Positions 15,946 to 25,987 of a stretch of DNA of 44,538 nt are shown piece after piece. The first letter of the stretch is position 1; each line of letters opens with the position of its first letter. The translations under genes were made by a program, and so were the position numbers. Below the pieces are notes generated by a model. That model did no database searches. It was not told the origin of the DNA and saw nothing but the letters and a program-made list of their open reading frames with translations. Location of the stretch: assembly GCA_003979035.1 (NCBI GenBank), contig RXOA01000043.1, positions 1 through 44,538 on the forward strand, written 5' to 3'. This stretch comes from Candidatus Bipolaricaulota bacterium. GTDB lineage: Bacteria; Bipolaricaulota; Bipolaricaulia; UBA7950; UBA9294.

Positions 15946-16569
15946 CTAGCGCGAGTAGAACTCGACAATGAGATTCGCGGCGATCGTCTGCTTGGTGTCC
16001 TCCGCCGTCGGCAGCGAAATCAGTTGTGCTCGCATTGCCTCAGCGTTCCGCTCCAACCAGTTTGGCACATCCCGTCCCTGGTTCTGCTCCGCAAACGGTC
16101 GGAGGGCGCTCTGCCGAGACTCCTTGACAGAGATCAGGTCTCCCTCGCAGAGCGTTACCGACGGAACATTCGTCGCGCGCCCATTGATTTCGAAATGCCC
16201 GTGCGTGATGAACTGCCGAGCTTGATCGCGAGACGATGCAAAACCGGCACGGTACACGGTGTTGTCGAACCGGCGCTCCAACAACGAAAGAATCGTCTCA
16301 CCGGTGACTCCCTTTTTCCGCTTCGCCGTTTCAACGATCTTCCGGAATTGCCGCTCCCGCAGCCCGTAGATCCTCTTTGCCTTCTGCTTCTCGCGCAGGT
16401 GAAGAAGGTACTGACTCTTGCGCGGTCGCCGTTTCTTCGCTCGCTCACCGGGGGGTGTTCCACGTCCGGACATCGGACAGCTACGAGAGTAGCAGCGGTC
16501 GCCCTTGATGTAGAGCTTCTCCCCTTCACGCCGACACCTCTTGCACTTGGGGCCTGTTTCTCTGCCCAT
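15946..16569 (-). CDS. rpsD: 30S ribosomal protein S4
   Basis: CKRCRREGEKLYIKGDRCYSRSCP zinc ribbon and an S4 domain. Operon position fits. Confidence 0.95.
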   Translation of the reverse strand: MGRETGPKCKRCRREGEKLYIKGDRCYSRSCPMSGRGTPPGERAKKRRPRKSQYLLHLREKQKAKRIYGLRERQFRKIVETAKRKKGVTGETILSLLERRFDNTVYRAGFASSRDQARQFITHGHFEINGRATNVPSVTLCEGDLISVKESRQSALRPFAEQNQGRDVPNWLERNAEAMRAQLISLPTAEDTKQTIAANLIVEFYSR

Positions 16570-16919
16570 TATCGTCTCCCCCTGCTGCTACTGTGCGAGA
16601 CAGGTGTCACGTTTCTCACGTCCTCAACACGGATTCCAGAGTTCTTGATCGTCTGCAGAACCGACTGCCTGCCCGACCCGGTACCCTTTACGGTGATCAG
16701 GACAGAGCGCACCCCAGCATCCTTCATGTCGCGCACCAGCGCCTCCGCAGCAATCTGTGCTGCATAAGGAGTTCCCTTGCGGGATCCTTTGTAGCCGACA
16801 GTCCCGGGGCTTTTCCACATCACAGGGTTTCCGTTGGGCTCCGTCACAGTGATAATCGTGTTGTTGAACGTCGCGTGGATGTGGACCCGCGCTCGCTCAA
16901 GCTTAATGTTCTTCGCCAT
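16569..16919 (-). CDS. rpsK: 30S ribosomal protein S11
   Basis: HIHATFNNTIITVT and GYKGSRKGTPYAAQ motifs. The C-terminus is atypical (see findings). Confidence 0.93.
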   Translation of the reverse strand: MAKNIKLERARVHIHATFNNTIITVTEPNGNPVMWKSPGTVGYKGSRKGTPYAAQIAAEALVRDMKDAGVRSVLITVKGTGSGRQSVLQTIKNSGIRVEDVRNVTPVSHSSSRGRR

Positions 16920-16921
16920 CT

Positions 16922-17287
16922 TTACCTCTTCTTCCCTGCTTTCGCCGGGCGAGGCCCCTTCAGGGTTCTCGCGTTTGCACGCGTACGTTGACCGCGGGCG
17001 GGCAGGCGTCGCTTGTGACGAATCCCACGGTAGGCGTTGATGTCTTTCAACCGCTGGATACAGCCCACGACCTTTCGGCGAAGGTCACCTTCTACCTCAA
17101 ACTGCTCCACTTCGCGTCGAAGCGTGGCGACTTCTTGTTCCGTGAGGTCTTTCACACGGGTGTCCGGAGACACGCCTGCTCTCTCAAGGATTTCTGTGGC
17201 CCTGGTTGGGCCAATCCCGTAGATGTAAGTCAGACCGATCTCGACACGCTTGTCGTTCGGCAGGTTGACACCAGCTATCCGCGCCAT
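16922..17287 (-). CDS. rpsM: 30S ribosomal protein S13
   Basis: [29 protein letters not shown] 17287 is preceded by AAGAGGAGAGAAGG; the ORF track extends 18 codons further. Confidence 0.95.
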   Translation of the reverse strand: MARIAGVNLPNDKRVEIGLTYIYGIGPTRATEILERAGVSPDTRVKDLTEQEVATLRREVEQFEVEGDLRRKVVGCIQRLKDINAYRGIRHKRRLPARGQRTRANARTLKGPRPAKAGKKR

Positions 17288-17300
17288 ACCTTCTCTCCTC

Positions 17301-17414
17301 TTACCCCTGTCGCTGCTTGTGTCGGGGGTTCCGACACACAATCATCACGCGCCCTCTGCGTCGAATCACTTTACAGTGTGCACAGATCTTCTTCGCGGAA
17401 CTTCGGACCTTCAT
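17301..17414 (-). CDS. rpmJ: 50S ribosomal protein L36 (37 aa, not in the ORF track)
   Basis: Manual translation gives [37 protein letters not shown]. It has the Zn-binding CxxC...CxxxxH form and lies between infA and rpsM as expected. Confidence 0.93.
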   Translation of the reverse strand: MKVRSSAKKICAHCKVIRRRGRVMIVCRNPRHKQRQG

Positions 17415-17446
17415 ATCGAATCTCGGACCTTTCTGTGCCCTCGTTG

Positions 17447-17686
17447 CTAGCTTTCGCGGTACACAATCCGTCCCTTGGTCGTGTCATACGGAGACATCTC
17501 AATGATGACACGATCGCCTGTGAGAATGCGGATGTAGTGTTTCCGAATCCGGCCAGAAATGTGGCACAACAGCATGTGGCCGTTGCTCAACCGTACACGG
17601 AACATCGAGCTTGGCAGACACTCGAGAACTTCACCCCGCACGCGAATCACGTCCGAACTACTGCCTCGGTTTTCGGCCTTTGCCAC
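17447..17686 (-). CDS. infA: translation initiation factor IF-1
   Basis: [56 protein letters not shown] start. Confidence 0.95.
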   Translation of the reverse strand: MAKAENRGSSSDVIRVRGEVLECLPSSMFRVRLSNGHMLLCHISGRIRKHYIRILTGDRVIIEMSPYDTTKGRIVYRES

Positions 17687-17692
17687 AGGTCC

Positions 17693-18448
17693 TTATTCAC
17701 CTCCTCGCGTCAAGACTTCTGCGAAAGTTTCCGTCACTAGGACGGTATGCTCAAAATGCACTGCAAGACCTCCACTTCCTGTGGTCACGGTCCAGTCATC
17801 CGTTTCGAGCTTGGTCGGCTCAGGATCGACCTTCACCATCGGTTCAATCGCCAGAACCATTCCTGGTTTAAGCCGAGGGCCTTGGCCTGGAGGGCCGTAG
17901 TTCGGAATCTGAGGATCCTCGTGCAGTTTTCTTCCTATCCCATGCCCAACATACTCACGCACGACATAGAAACCCTCACGCTCCACGTAAGAGCCGATCG
18001 CGTGAGACACATCGGACAGTCTGTTTCCCATTGTAACTTGCGAAATCCCTTCCCACAAGCTCTGCTTGGTAACCTCGAGAAGCTTCCTTGCAGTTGAGTC
18101 CACCGCGCCAACCGCCACCGTGGTCGCCATATCGACGAACAATCCGTCTTTCTCAAGCCCAACGTCGACAGAAAGGAGATCGCCCGAGCACAACACCCGA
18201 TCGCGACTCGGAATTCCATGAACAACTTCTTCATTGATGGACGTGCACAGCGTCGCCGGATAGCCGCGGTACCCCTTAAACGCAGGTTCCGCTCCCGCTT
18301 CGCGGATTCTACGCTCCGCGAGTTCATCCAGTTCCAGCGTACTCACGCCCTCCTGCGCCGCGGACATGACTTCGGCAAGAATCTCGGCCAACAACTTCCC
18401 GTTGTCACGAAGCACCGCGATCTCCTGCTCGCTCTTGATCGCGATCAT
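17693..18448 (-). CDS. map: type I methionine aminopeptidase
   Basis: 251 aa with VVHGIPS, DVG, YVGHGIG and LAIEPM motifs. ATGA overlap with the adk stop. Confidence 0.95.
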   Translation of the reverse strand: MIAIKSEQEIAVLRDNGKLLAEILAEVMSAAQEGVSTLELDELAERRIREAGAEPAFKGYRGYPATLCTSINEEVVHGIPSRDRVLCSGDLLSVDVGLEKDGLFVDMATTVAVGAVDSTARKLLEVTKQSLWEGISQVTMGNRLSDVSHAIGSYVEREGFYVVREYVGHGIGRKLHEDPQIPNYGPPGQGPRLKPGMVLAIEPMVKVDPEPTKLETDDWTVTTGSGGLAVHFEHTVLVTETFAEVLTRGGE

Positions 18449-19074
18449 GCTGCCTCAACGACCGCAAGGATCTGGACAAGAACTGCTTCGGGGGACTGAT
18501 TTCCGTCCACTTCACTCAAGATCCCCAACTTGCCGTAGTAGGCAATCAATGGAGCCGTCGCTCCGATGTAGACATCGAATCGGTTCTCGATAACTTCCCG
18601 GCGATCGTCATCGCGCTGGTACAGCTCGCCGCCGCAGTCGCGGCAGGCTCCGTCCGTGGCTGCATCATTCGAGAGAATGTTCGTGATCCAACCGCAATCT
18701 CGGCAAACCCGCCTTGACGTGAGCCGAGCGATGACTTGCTCGCGATCGAGGGCGATGTACAGCACATGATCCACATGCGTGATCCGCGCCAGCGCTTCGG
18801 CTTGAGCAACGGTTCTCGGAAATCCGTCAAGGATGAACCCTTCGGCATCGCCGATCTTGCCTCGGATCATCTCGATGATCACGTCATCAGGAACAAGATC
18901 TCCCCGATCCATGAATGCGCGCGCGTTCATCCCCAGCTCGGTGCGGCGGGCAACCTCGTCACGTAGCAGATCGCCGGTCGAGAGGTGAAGCAGTCCGGTC
19001 TTTTCAACCAGCCACTTCGCCTGCGTACCCTTGCCGGCACCTGGAGGTCCAAGAAGAATGATCCGTCGGCCCAT
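18445..19074 (-). CDS. adk: adenylate kinase (Cys4 zinc lid)
   Basis: GPPGAGKGTQA P-loop. Lid is CRDCGW...CRDCGGEL. Confidence 0.95.
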   Translation of the reverse strand: MGRRIILLGPPGAGKGTQAKWLVEKTGLLHLSTGDLLRDEVARRTELGMNARAFMDRGDLVPDDVIIEMIRGKIGDAEGFILDGFPRTVAQAEALARITHVDHVLYIALDREQVIARLTSRRVCRDCGWITNILSNDAATDGACRDCGGELYQRDDDRREVIENRFDVYIGATAPLIAYYGKLGILSEVDGNQSPEAVLVQILAVVEAA

Positions 19075-19078
19075 GTTG

Positions 19079-20365
19079 TTACCCCCGACGTCCGAGAAGT
19101 CCGCCCGACTTCGCCAGGCTTTCGTAGTGTCGCATCACCAGGTGCGCCTCGATCTGCATAATCGTGTCCATCCCTACACCAACCACAATCAGTAGAGATG
19201 TTCCACCAACCAGAAACGCTGCCGTAAGTCCGCTCAGTGCCGAGAACACGTACGGCAAAGCGGCGACACACGCCAAGAACACGGCGCCGATCATCAGCAC
19301 GCGGTTCAGCACACTCGAGATGTACTCCGAGGTCGGTCGTCCCGGTCGAACACCGGGAATGAATCCACCGGAATCGCGGATGTTCTTCGCCACTTCTGTC
19401 GGCTCGAACACAATCGAACTGTAGAAGAACGTGAAGAAGAAGATCAGCAGAACATACGAAATAACGTAGGCAAGACTCCCCTGCGTTACGTACGGCACCA
19501 GCCATTGCGCGGAGTCGATCGCACTGATGAGCGTCACCGGCAAGGTTAGAAGGGCCGATGCGAAGATGATCGGAATGACCCCGCCTTGATTGACACGGAT
19601 CGGCAAATGACTGGAGTGCCCACCGTAGACTCGTCGCCCCGATGTCCGCTTCGCATACTGGATCTGAATCTTCCGCTGCCCCTGCTGAACGATGATCACT
19701 CCGGCGATGACCACGATGAACAGCGCGATCAGCGCCAATCCCCAAATGATGCTGGCTCCCCCAGTGCTTATCTGAAGGGCGGTACGGCTGATCTGTGTCG
19801 GGAACCGCGCGAGAATCCCGACCATGATGATCATGCTGATCCCGTTGCCGATTCCATTCTCCGTCATGCGTTCGCCCAACCACATCAGGAAGATCGTCCC
19901 CGTCACCAAGATAATGATCGTGGAGACGTAGAACCACAGACCGCTTCCAACGACCGCGCTCCGCATCCAGTAGCTCATGACCATTCCCTGAAGCAGGGCA
20001 AGAACCACCGTGGCCCAGCGCGTGTACGCCGTGATTTTCCTTCGACCTTCGCGACCCTGTCGCTGCAATTCCTTGAGCTTTGGCACAACGGATGTCAGCA
20101 AACTGAAGATGATCGACGCGTTGATGTACGGAGTCACGCCAAGTGCGAACAACGAGAAATTGGAGAGAGCGCCACCGGAGAACATGTCGAAGAATCCGAA
20201 CACGCCCGCACCCTGATTCTCCCAGAAGTCCTTCAGGATTTCCGAGTCGATCCCCGGCACGGTGATGAGTGCGCCCAGACGCACAATAACGATTGCCCCA
20301 AGCGTGAATAGGATTCGCTTCCGAAGCTCAGGAATTCTCCAAAGGTGCGCGACCTTCTCCCACAT
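19079..20365 (-). CDS. secY: preprotein translocase subunit SecY
   Basis: 428-aa polytopic membrane protein in the conserved position after rplO. Confidence 0.95.
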   Translation of the reverse strand: MWEKVAHLWRIPELRKRILFTLGAIVIVRLGALITVPGIDSEILKDFWENQGAGVFGFFDMFSGGALSNFSLFALGVTPYINASIIFSLLTSVVPKLKELQRQGREGRRKITAYTRWATVVLALLQGMVMSYWMRSAVVGSGLWFYVSTIIILVTGTIFLMWLGERMTENGIGNGISMIIMVGILARFPTQISRTALQISTGGASIIWGLALIALFIVVIAGVIIVQQGQRKIQIQYAKRTSGRRVYGGHSSHLPIRVNQGGVIPIIFASALLTLPVTLISAIDSAQWLVPYVTQGSLAYVISYVLLIFFFTFFYSSIVFEPTEVAKNIRDSGGFIPGVRPGRPTSEYISSVLNRVLMIGAVFLACVAALPYVFSALSGLTAAFLVGGTSLLIVVGVGMDTIMQIEAHLVMRHYESLAKSGGLLGRRG

Positions 20366-20814
20366 CAGCTCATCTCCTCCGTGGTTCCGCCCGCCTGTTC
20401 GATCTTCTGGCGTGCTTCTGTCGTGAACCGGTGCGCCTTGACGACAAGCGGCTTGCTGATCTCCCCTCGGCCAAGAACCTTCAAACGAGACACTCGGCCT
20501 TTGACCAACCGCATCTCACGCAGACGTTCCAAAGTAACCTCGGACTGCGCTTCAAAGCGATCCTCCAGCGTATCGACATTGATGATCGCGTACTCCACGC
20601 GCGCCGCATTCTTGAACCCGCGCTTGGGAAACCGCATCCAGATAGGCGTCTGACCGCCCTCAAACCCAAGCCGAGTCCCCCCGCCGCTGCGCGAATTCTG
20701 CCCCTTGGTGCCCCTGCCGCTTTCGTGGCCGCCGCGTCCCGACCCGTAGCCGCGTCCGACGCGCTTGCGTCGGTGCGTACTGCCCTTTGTCGGCCGCAGA
20801 TCCTCAAGCCTCAT
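20365..20814 (-). CDS. rplO: 50S ribosomal protein L15
   Basis: [38 protein letters not shown] at 20814; the ORF track extends 30 codons upstream. It overlaps the rpsE 3' end by 11 nt. Confidence 0.93.
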   Translation of the reverse strand: MRLEDLRPTKGSTHRRKRVGRGYGSGRGGHESGRGTKGQNSRSGGGTRLGFEGGQTPIWMRFPKRGFKNAARVEYAIINVDTLEDRFEAQSEVTLERLREMRLVKGRVSRLKVLGRGEISKPLVVKAHRFTTEARQKIEQAGGTTEEMS

Positions 20815-21316
20815 CTGCTTCCTCCTCGCGCGATGTCTCACTCTTTCCGTTTTCACCGCGCAATGAGGCGATCTCATCGCGGCTCCGCATCGAAGCGAGG
20901 CCATTGATCGCCGCCCGCGACAGCGTCAGGGGGTTCGTCGTCCCGATCGACTTCGTCAGCACGTCGCTCAACCCGGCAAGACGACAAATCGCTCCCACCG
21001 TCGTCCCCGCGATGACCCCCGTTCCGGGATACGCCGGTTTGATCAAGACGCGTCCCGCCTTGAACCGGCCGACGATCTCATGGGGAACCGTGCTCCCGTC
21101 CGTCTTCACGGTGATCATGTTCTTCTTTGCATCCCGAATCGCCTGCTGGATCGCACGCGGAATCTCCACCGTGTTTCCGACGCCGACACCCACGCGACCC
21201 TTTCGGTCGCCGATCACCATCGTGACACGGAAACGCAAATTACGGCCACCCTTGGTGACCTTGCTGACGCGTCTGATGTCGATGATCTCGTTCTCGAACT
21301 CGTCCGTGCGGATCAA
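20804..21316 (-). CDS. rpsE: 30S ribosomal protein S5
   Basis: [33 protein letters not shown]. Probable start is TTG 21316, with GGGAGGG upstream and a TTGA overlap with the rplR stop. The longest ORF starts at TTG 21340. Confidence 0.92.
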   Translation of the reverse strand: MIRTDEFENEIIDIRRVSKVTKGGRNLRFRVTMVIGDRKGRVGVGVGNTVEIPRAIQQAIRDAKKNMITVKTDGSTVPHEIVGRFKAGRVLIKPAYPGTGVIAGTTVGAICRLAGLSDVLTKSIGTTNPLTLSRAAINGLASMRSRDEIASLRGENGKSETSREEEADEA

Positions 21317-21675
21317 AACTCCAACCCTCCCTTGCGGCAAGCATCCGCGAGAGCCGCGACGACTCCGTGGTAGGGATAGCCACCGCGATCAAAGACAACC
21401 CTCTTTACACCCTTCTCAGCCGCTCGCTCCGCCAGCAACGCACCGACCGCTTCCGCCGACACTCGGTTGCTCCCGCTCATCTTTTCGATCAACGCCTTGT
21501 CCAAGGTCGAAGCGGTAACGAGAGTCGCACCCGCCTCGTCATCAATGATTTGGGCATAGACATGTCGCAGGCTCTTGTACACGCACAAGCGAGGGCGATC
21601 CGCAGTTCCGCGAACGCGCTTTCGAATCCGCACGTGCCGCTTAATTCGTTCTTGTTGTCGACTCCTGTTCGCCAT
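21313..21675 (-). CDS. rplR: 50S ribosomal protein L18
   Basis: [30 protein letters not shown] and [12 protein letters not shown]. Confidence 0.95.
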   Translation of the reverse strand: MANRSRQQERIKRHVRIRKRVRGTADRPRLCVYKSLRHVYAQIIDDEAGATLVTASTLDKALIEKMSGSNRVSAEAVGALLAERAAEKGVKRVVFDRGGYPYHGVVAALADACRKGGLEF

Positions 21676-21690
21676 CTCGCCTCACACTCC

Positions 21691-22242
21691 CTAGCCTCCG
21701 GCCTGTCCGCCGAGTTTGCCAGCCTTCTGGATGACTTCTTCGTTCTTGTAGCGGATCCCCTTGCCGTCATAGACATTCGGTTTCCGCAATGCACGGATCT
21801 TCGCAGCAACATGCCCCACGGCTTGCCTGTCCGCTCCGCGAACCAAGATCTCGTTCGGGTTCGGAAGCTCGACTTCGATCCCGGCTGGAATCCGGTACTC
21901 CATGGGATTCGAGTACCCAAGGTCAAGAATGAGTGTTTCGCCCTGCAATCGAGCGCGGTATCCCAATCCCTTGACAAGCAGACTCTTCTCCCATTTGTTG
22001 CTGACCCCGTGCACCATGTTGGCCAGCAAGCTCCGATAGAGACCATGATAGGCGCGGTGTTGCTTCGTTTCACCTCTTCGACCAACCGTGGCGACGCCAT
22101 CGACGACTTTGATCTCCACCATGTCAGGACGGAACGCTTGCTGCAAACGACCATATTCGCCCTCGACGATGAATGTCGCGCCATCCAGGCGCACCTTCAC
22201 GCTTTCAGGTATCACTACCGGAACCTTTCCAACCTTGGACAT
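21691..22242 (-). CDS. rplF: 50S ribosomal protein L6
   Basis: MSKVGKVPVVIPESVKV and LVKGLGYRA. Operon position fits. Confidence 0.95.
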   Translation of the reverse strand: MSKVGKVPVVIPESVKVRLDGATFIVEGEYGRLQQAFRPDMVEIKVVDGVATVGRRGETKQHRAYHGLYRSLLANMVHGVSNKWEKSLLVKGLGYRARLQGETLILDLGYSNPMEYRIPAGIEVELPNPNEILVRGADRQAVGHVAAKIRALRKPNVYDGKGIRYKNEEVIQKAGKLGGQAGG

Positions 22243-22268
22243 TCTTGATCACCTTGCGGTACGCTACA

Positions 22269-22673
22269 TCACTTCACTTCGAGCAGCACCTCGCCGCCAA
22301 TGCCAAGCTGGCGCGCTTCATGCCCAGCCATAACACCCTGCGAAGTCGACACGATGCAGATTCCCATTCCGCCCAAGGGGCGAGGGATATTGTCTTTCCC
22401 GACAAACACGCGACGACTCGGCTTGCTGACCAGACGGATCTCATGGATCGCCCGTATCGCCCGAGTTCGCTCGCCTCTATATTTCAACGTCAAGCGCAGT
22501 TCCGCCTGAGGCTCTTGTGACACGACTTCGTAGTCGAGGATGTATCCTTCAGTTTTGAGGATACCTGCGATCGCCTCTTTGATTTTCGAGTGAGGCATCG
22601 CCACCTCGCTATGGAACTTCGCACTTGCGTTCCGAATCCGCGTCAACATGTCACCGATCGGATAAGGGGTCAT
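22269..22673 (-). CDS. rpsH: 30S ribosomal protein S8
   Basis: PIGDMLTRIRNA N-terminus, 134 aa. Confidence 0.95.
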   Translation of the reverse strand: MTPYPIGDMLTRIRNASAKFHSEVAMPHSKIKEAIAGILKTEGYILDYEVVSQEPQAELRLTLKYRGERTRAIRAIHEIRLVSKPSRRVFVGKDNIPRPLGGMGICIVSTSQGVMAGHEARQLGIGGEVLLEVK

Positions 22674-22688
22674 CGCTTGTACCTCTCC

Positions 22689-22874
22689 CTACCAGCTTGA
22701 CTTTTTCACACCGGGAATCTGTCCCAGATGGGCCAGCTTCCGGAAACACAGCCGGCAGACTCCGAAATCGCGAATGTACGCATGCGGCCGCCCGCAAAGG
22801 CTGCAGCGATGGTACGCGCGCGCGCTGAACTTCGGTTCCTGCTGGCTCTTAATGACCAACGCCTTTTTTGCCAC
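22689..22874 (-). CDS. rpsN: 30S ribosomal protein S14, type Z (zinc form, 61 aa)
   Basis: [41 protein letters not shown] 22874 is preceded by GGGGGA and gives the canonical 61-aa length. Confidence 0.92.
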   Translation of the reverse strand: MAKKALVIKSQQEPKFSARAYHRCSLCGRPHAYIRDFGVCRLCFRKLAHLGQIPGVKKSSW

Positions 22875-22884
22875 TTCGGTCCCC

Positions 22885-23415
22885 CTAGTCCTTGAACGGA
22901 AGGCCAAGTGCCTTCAACAACGCATAGCCCTCGCGGTCATCGCGCGCCGTGGTGACAATCGTGATATCCATCCCTTGCGTCGTCACCACTTCGTTGTACG
23001 ACACCTCAGGGAACGTCAGTTGCTCTGTCAGGCCGAGTGTATAGTTGCCACGACCGTCGAAAGCCGACGCCGAAAGGCCACGAAAGTCCCGAATACCAGG
23101 AAGGACCACGTTAAAGAGCTTGAACAGAAACTCGTACGCGCGGTCCTTGCGCAGCGTAACCTTGCAGCCGATCGGCTCTCCCTTCGTCAATTTGAAGTCG
23201 GAGATCGACTTGTGCGCCTTGGTTACGATCGCCCTCTGCCCCGCAATTTTCGCCAGATTCTTGGCCGCTCCCTCCAGCACCTTGGGGTTGTCCTTCTCCT
23301 TAACCCCCATATTGATGGCCACTTTGGCGATTCGCGGAACTTCCATCACATTCTCCAACCCAAGTTCCTTCATCAGGACGGGTTCGATTTCTTTCTTAAA
23401 TGTTTCTCTGAGCAT
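22885..23415 (-). CDS. rplE: 50S ribosomal protein L5
   Basis: [19 protein letters not shown] and [17 protein letters not shown] at 23415. Confidence 0.94.
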   Translation of the reverse strand: MLRETFKKEIEPVLMKELGLENVMEVPRIAKVAINMGVKEKDNPKVLEGAAKNLAKIAGQRAIVTKAHKSISDFKLTKGEPIGCKVTLRKDRAYEFLFKLFNVVLPGIRDFRGLSASAFDGRGNYTLGLTEQLTFPEVSYNEVVTTQGMDITIVTTARDDREGYALLKALGLPFKD

Positions 23416-23420
23416 GATGG

Positions 23421-23732
23421 CTACTTGAACACTTCCCCGCACTGCTTGCAGCGGCGCATCTTCACGCCCTCGACGGTTGTAAACGAAATCCGCGTCGGAG
23501 TATCACACTCCGGACAGATCGGGAGCACATTCGAGATATGAATCGTTCCCTCTCGCTTAATGATCCCCGGCTCGCGAAGGTTCTGCGTCGCGCGCTGGTG
23601 CTTGGTGATCATGTTGACGTTCTCAACGATGATCCTCTCCCGCTCAGGGTAAACGACCATCACTCTGCCGATCTTCCCTCGGTCGTTCCCGGCGATCACC
23701 TTCACGCGATCCCCTTTGAGCACCTTTCTCAT
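23421..23732 (-). CDS. rplX: 50S ribosomal protein L24 (with C-terminal CxxC...CxxC)
   Basis: KGDRVKVIAGNDRGKIGRV KOW motif. The C-terminus is ICPECDTPTRISFTTVEGVKMRRCKQCGEVFK. Confidence 0.94.
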   Translation of the reverse strand: MRKVLKGDRVKVIAGNDRGKIGRVMVVYPERERIIVENVNMITKHQRATQNLREPGIIKREGTIHISNVLPICPECDTPTRISFTTVEGVKMRRCKQCGEVFK

Positions 23733-23741
23733 CCGCTCCTC

Positions 23742-24110
23742 CTACAGAACCTCAGGGGCCAACGAAAGAATCCGCATCATCTTCTTCTCGCGGAGTTCTC
23801 TTGCCACCGGACCGAAAACACGTGTTCCGATCGGTTCATTCTGCGCATCGATCAGCACAATCGCATTGTCGTCAAACCGAATATAGGTCCCGTCTTTTCG
23901 CCGATACGCACTTCGAGTTCGGACGATTACGCCGCGAACGATTTGCCCCTTCTCAATTTCGCTGGTGGGTAACCGTTTCCTGACAGATCCGACGACGATG
24001 TCCCCGATCTCCCCGACGCGCCGGTGCGACGGTCCCAAGACATTGATGCAGCGGACGAGCTTGGCGCCCGAGTTGTCCGCCACTTTGAGCATCGTCTGCA
24101 TCTGAATCAC
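23742..24110 (-). CDS. rplN: 50S ribosomal protein L14
   Basis: (V)[28 protein letters not shown] 24110 is preceded by GGAGGG and gives the canonical 122 aa. Confidence 0.94.
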   Translation of the reverse strand: MIQMQTMLKVADNSGAKLVRCINVLGPSHRRVGEIGDIVVGSVRKRLPTSEIEKGQIVRGVIVRTRSAYRRKDGTYIRFDDNAIVLIDAQNEPIGTRVFGPVARELREKKMMRILSLAPEVL

Positions 24111-24112
24111 GG

Positions 24113-24358
24113 CTATCCCTCCGCTTTTTCCACGATTTCGACAAGTCGCCAACGCTTCAGACGGCTCAGCGGGCGGCACTCTTCGATCCGCACCAAATCG
24201 CCCGAACCGGCCATCTCCTGAGGGTCATCAGCATAGAACTTAAAATGCTGCTTGATGTACTTCCGATACAACGGATGCAAGCGACGTTCCTCGACACGAA
24301 CGACAATCGTATTCGACATCCGGTCACTGATGACGCGTCCCGTCTTCTGTTTCCTCAT
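24113..24358 (-). CDS. rpsQ: 30S ribosomal protein S17
   Basis: [19 protein letters not shown] and HPLYRKYIK. Confidence 0.95.
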   Translation of the reverse strand: MRKQKTGRVISDRMSNTIVVRVEERRLHPLYRKYIKQHFKFYADDPQEMAGSGDLVRIEECRPLSRLKRWRLVEIVEKAEG

Positions 24359-24555
24359 TTCCCCGCCTCCCGCAGCTTCTCCCGCGCAATCGTCAGCGCA
24401 CGCGCGACATCCTTGCGGGTTTTCAGAAGCTCGGCGGTGTTGTCCATCTCGCCGGTGGCTCTCTGAAATCGCAGATTGAACAGCTTGCGCTTCAGGTCTC
24501 CGACTTGCGCGGTCAGCTCGTCGGGTGAAAGCTCTCTCATCTCTTGCGCCTTCAC
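24355..24555 (-). CDS. rpmC: 50S ribosomal protein L29
   Basis: 66 aa with LRELSPDEL...LFNLRFQ. GTGA overlap with the rplP stop. Confidence 0.94.
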   Translation of the reverse strand: MKAQEMRELSPDELTAQVGDLKRKLFNLRFQRATGEMDNTAELLKTRKDVARALTIAREKLREAGK

Positions 24556-24983
24556 ACTTCGCCTCCCAACACGTTCTTCTTCTTCAATCGGGTCGGGAAC
24601 GGAAGCTTGTGGCTCACCAATTCGTGAACCCGCTTGGCTTGAGCCTCGTTGATCCCGGCGATCTCAAACAAAATTCTCCCTGGACGCACCACGGCCACCC
24701 AGTGGTCCACGGGCCCTTTCCCCTTGCCCATACGAGCTTCCGCGGGATGCTTCGTAATCGGCTTGTCCGGAAAGACACGAATCCAGACCTTGGCATCGCG
24801 CTGCGTCTGCCGCGAGATGGTCGTTCGACACGCCTCAATCTGCTGTCCCGTCACCCACGCCGGGGAAAGCGTCTGAATGCCAAACTCACCGAACTCAACC
24901 GCGTTGCCGCGAGTCGCCCTGCCCGTCATCCGACCACGATGCGACTTTCGGTATTTCGTACGTTTCGGGAAAAGAAGTGCCAT
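24552..24983 (-). CDS. rplP: 50S ribosomal protein L16
   Basis: [14 protein letters not shown] and [24 protein letters not shown]. Confidence 0.95.
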   Translation of the reverse strand: MALLFPKRTKYRKSHRGRMTGRATRGNAVEFGEFGIQTLSPAWVTGQQIEACRTTISRQTQRDAKVWIRVFPDKPITKHPAEARMGKGKGPVDHWVAVVRPGRILFEIAGINEAQAKRVHELVSHKLPFPTRLKKKNVLGGEV

Positions 24984-24985
24984 CT

Positions 24986-25639
24986 TTACTTCACCTCGTC
25001 GTTTCGCGTACCGAACATCTTCTCACCACGGAAGACCCATGCCTTTACGCCGATATTGCCGTACTTCGTGTGGGCCTCAACCAGCGCATAGTCAATGTCA
25101 GCACGGATCGTCTGCAGCGGCACACGTCCCTGCATCATCGAGATGGAACGGGCAATCTCTGCACCATTCAGCCGTCCGCTGACCTTGATCTTGATCCCTT
25201 CCGCGCCCGCGCCCATGACGCGACGCATGACTTCCTTCATTGCGCGCGGCGGAGCAAATCGATTCTCGATTTGCCGTGCCACGTCCTGCGCAACCAGGGA
25301 TGCCTCAAGATCCGGCCGTTCGATTTCCTTGATCGACACTTTGACGACCCGGCCCGTGAGATCATTGAGATCTTTCTGCAACCGGTCAATCTCGGACCCG
25401 CCTCGCCCGATGATAATTCCCGGACGGGCCGATCGGATCACGATCGATATACGGTCCTCTTTCGACCGTTCGATATTGACTTCAGCCACGCCGGCACCGC
25501 GATACCGCAAAAGGACGAGATCGCGAATCCTCTTGTCTTCAGCGATATAGATCGGCGCAAGTTTCGCATTGAACCAGTTCGACTCCCACTTCCGCATCAC
25601 GCCGATTCGGAATCCAATCGGATGGATCTTCTGTCCCAT
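24986..25639 (-). CDS. rpsC: 30S ribosomal protein S3
   Basis: MGQKIHPIGFRIGV and a KH domain. Confidence 0.95.
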   Translation of the reverse strand: MGQKIHPIGFRIGVMRKWESNWFNAKLAPIYIAEDKRIRDLVLLRYRGAGVAEVNIERSKEDRISIVIRSARPGIIIGRGGSEIDRLQKDLNDLTGRVVKVSIKEIERPDLEASLVAQDVARQIENRFAPPRAMKEVMRRVMGAGAEGIKIKVSGRLNGAEIARSISMMQGRVPLQTIRADIDYALVEAHTKYGNIGVKAWVFRGEKMFGTRNDEVK

Positions 25640-25977
25640 TATTCTTCCCTCTCCGCGACCACGATGGTGATGTGACTGGTCGGACGTCGAATGATGTCGG
25701 CGCGCCCCATCGCTCGAGGCTTCAGCCGACGATACGCTCGCCCCATGTCAACCGTTGCCGTCTTGACAAACAGGCGATCAACGTTCACCTCAAAGTTGTT
25801 CTCCGCATTGGCCACGGCAGACTCCAGCGTCTTCCGGATCGGCCGTGCAGCTTTTCCCATCGACATGGCAATCACCTGAAGCGCGGCGCCCACATTCTTG
25901 CCGCGAATCGTGTCAATGACCATGCGAGCCTTGCGCGGAGACACTCGAACATGCTTCGAAACGGCTCGTGCTTCCAT
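25639..25977 (-). CDS. rplV: 50S ribosomal protein L22
   Basis: VRVSPRKARMVIDTIRGK. Confidence 0.95.
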   Translation of the reverse strand: MEARAVSKHVRVSPRKARMVIDTIRGKNVGAALQVIAMSMGKAARPIRKTLESAVANAENNFEVNVDRLFVKTATVDMGRAYRRLKPRAMGRADIIRRPTSHITIVVAEREE

Positions 25978-25987
25978 CTTTCGTCTC

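Noticed and set aside
15280-16767. 495-aa plus-strand ORF, and similar long ORFs at 18927..19937, 28058..29005, 32453..33958, 34319..35149, 35159..36088, 37490..38050 and 39673..40332
   Set aside because: All lie antisense to, or out of frame within, highly conserved genes (rpoA/rpsD, secY, rplC/rpsJ, rpoC, PP-loop-like gene, HerA-like gene), and their products have no recognisable motifs.
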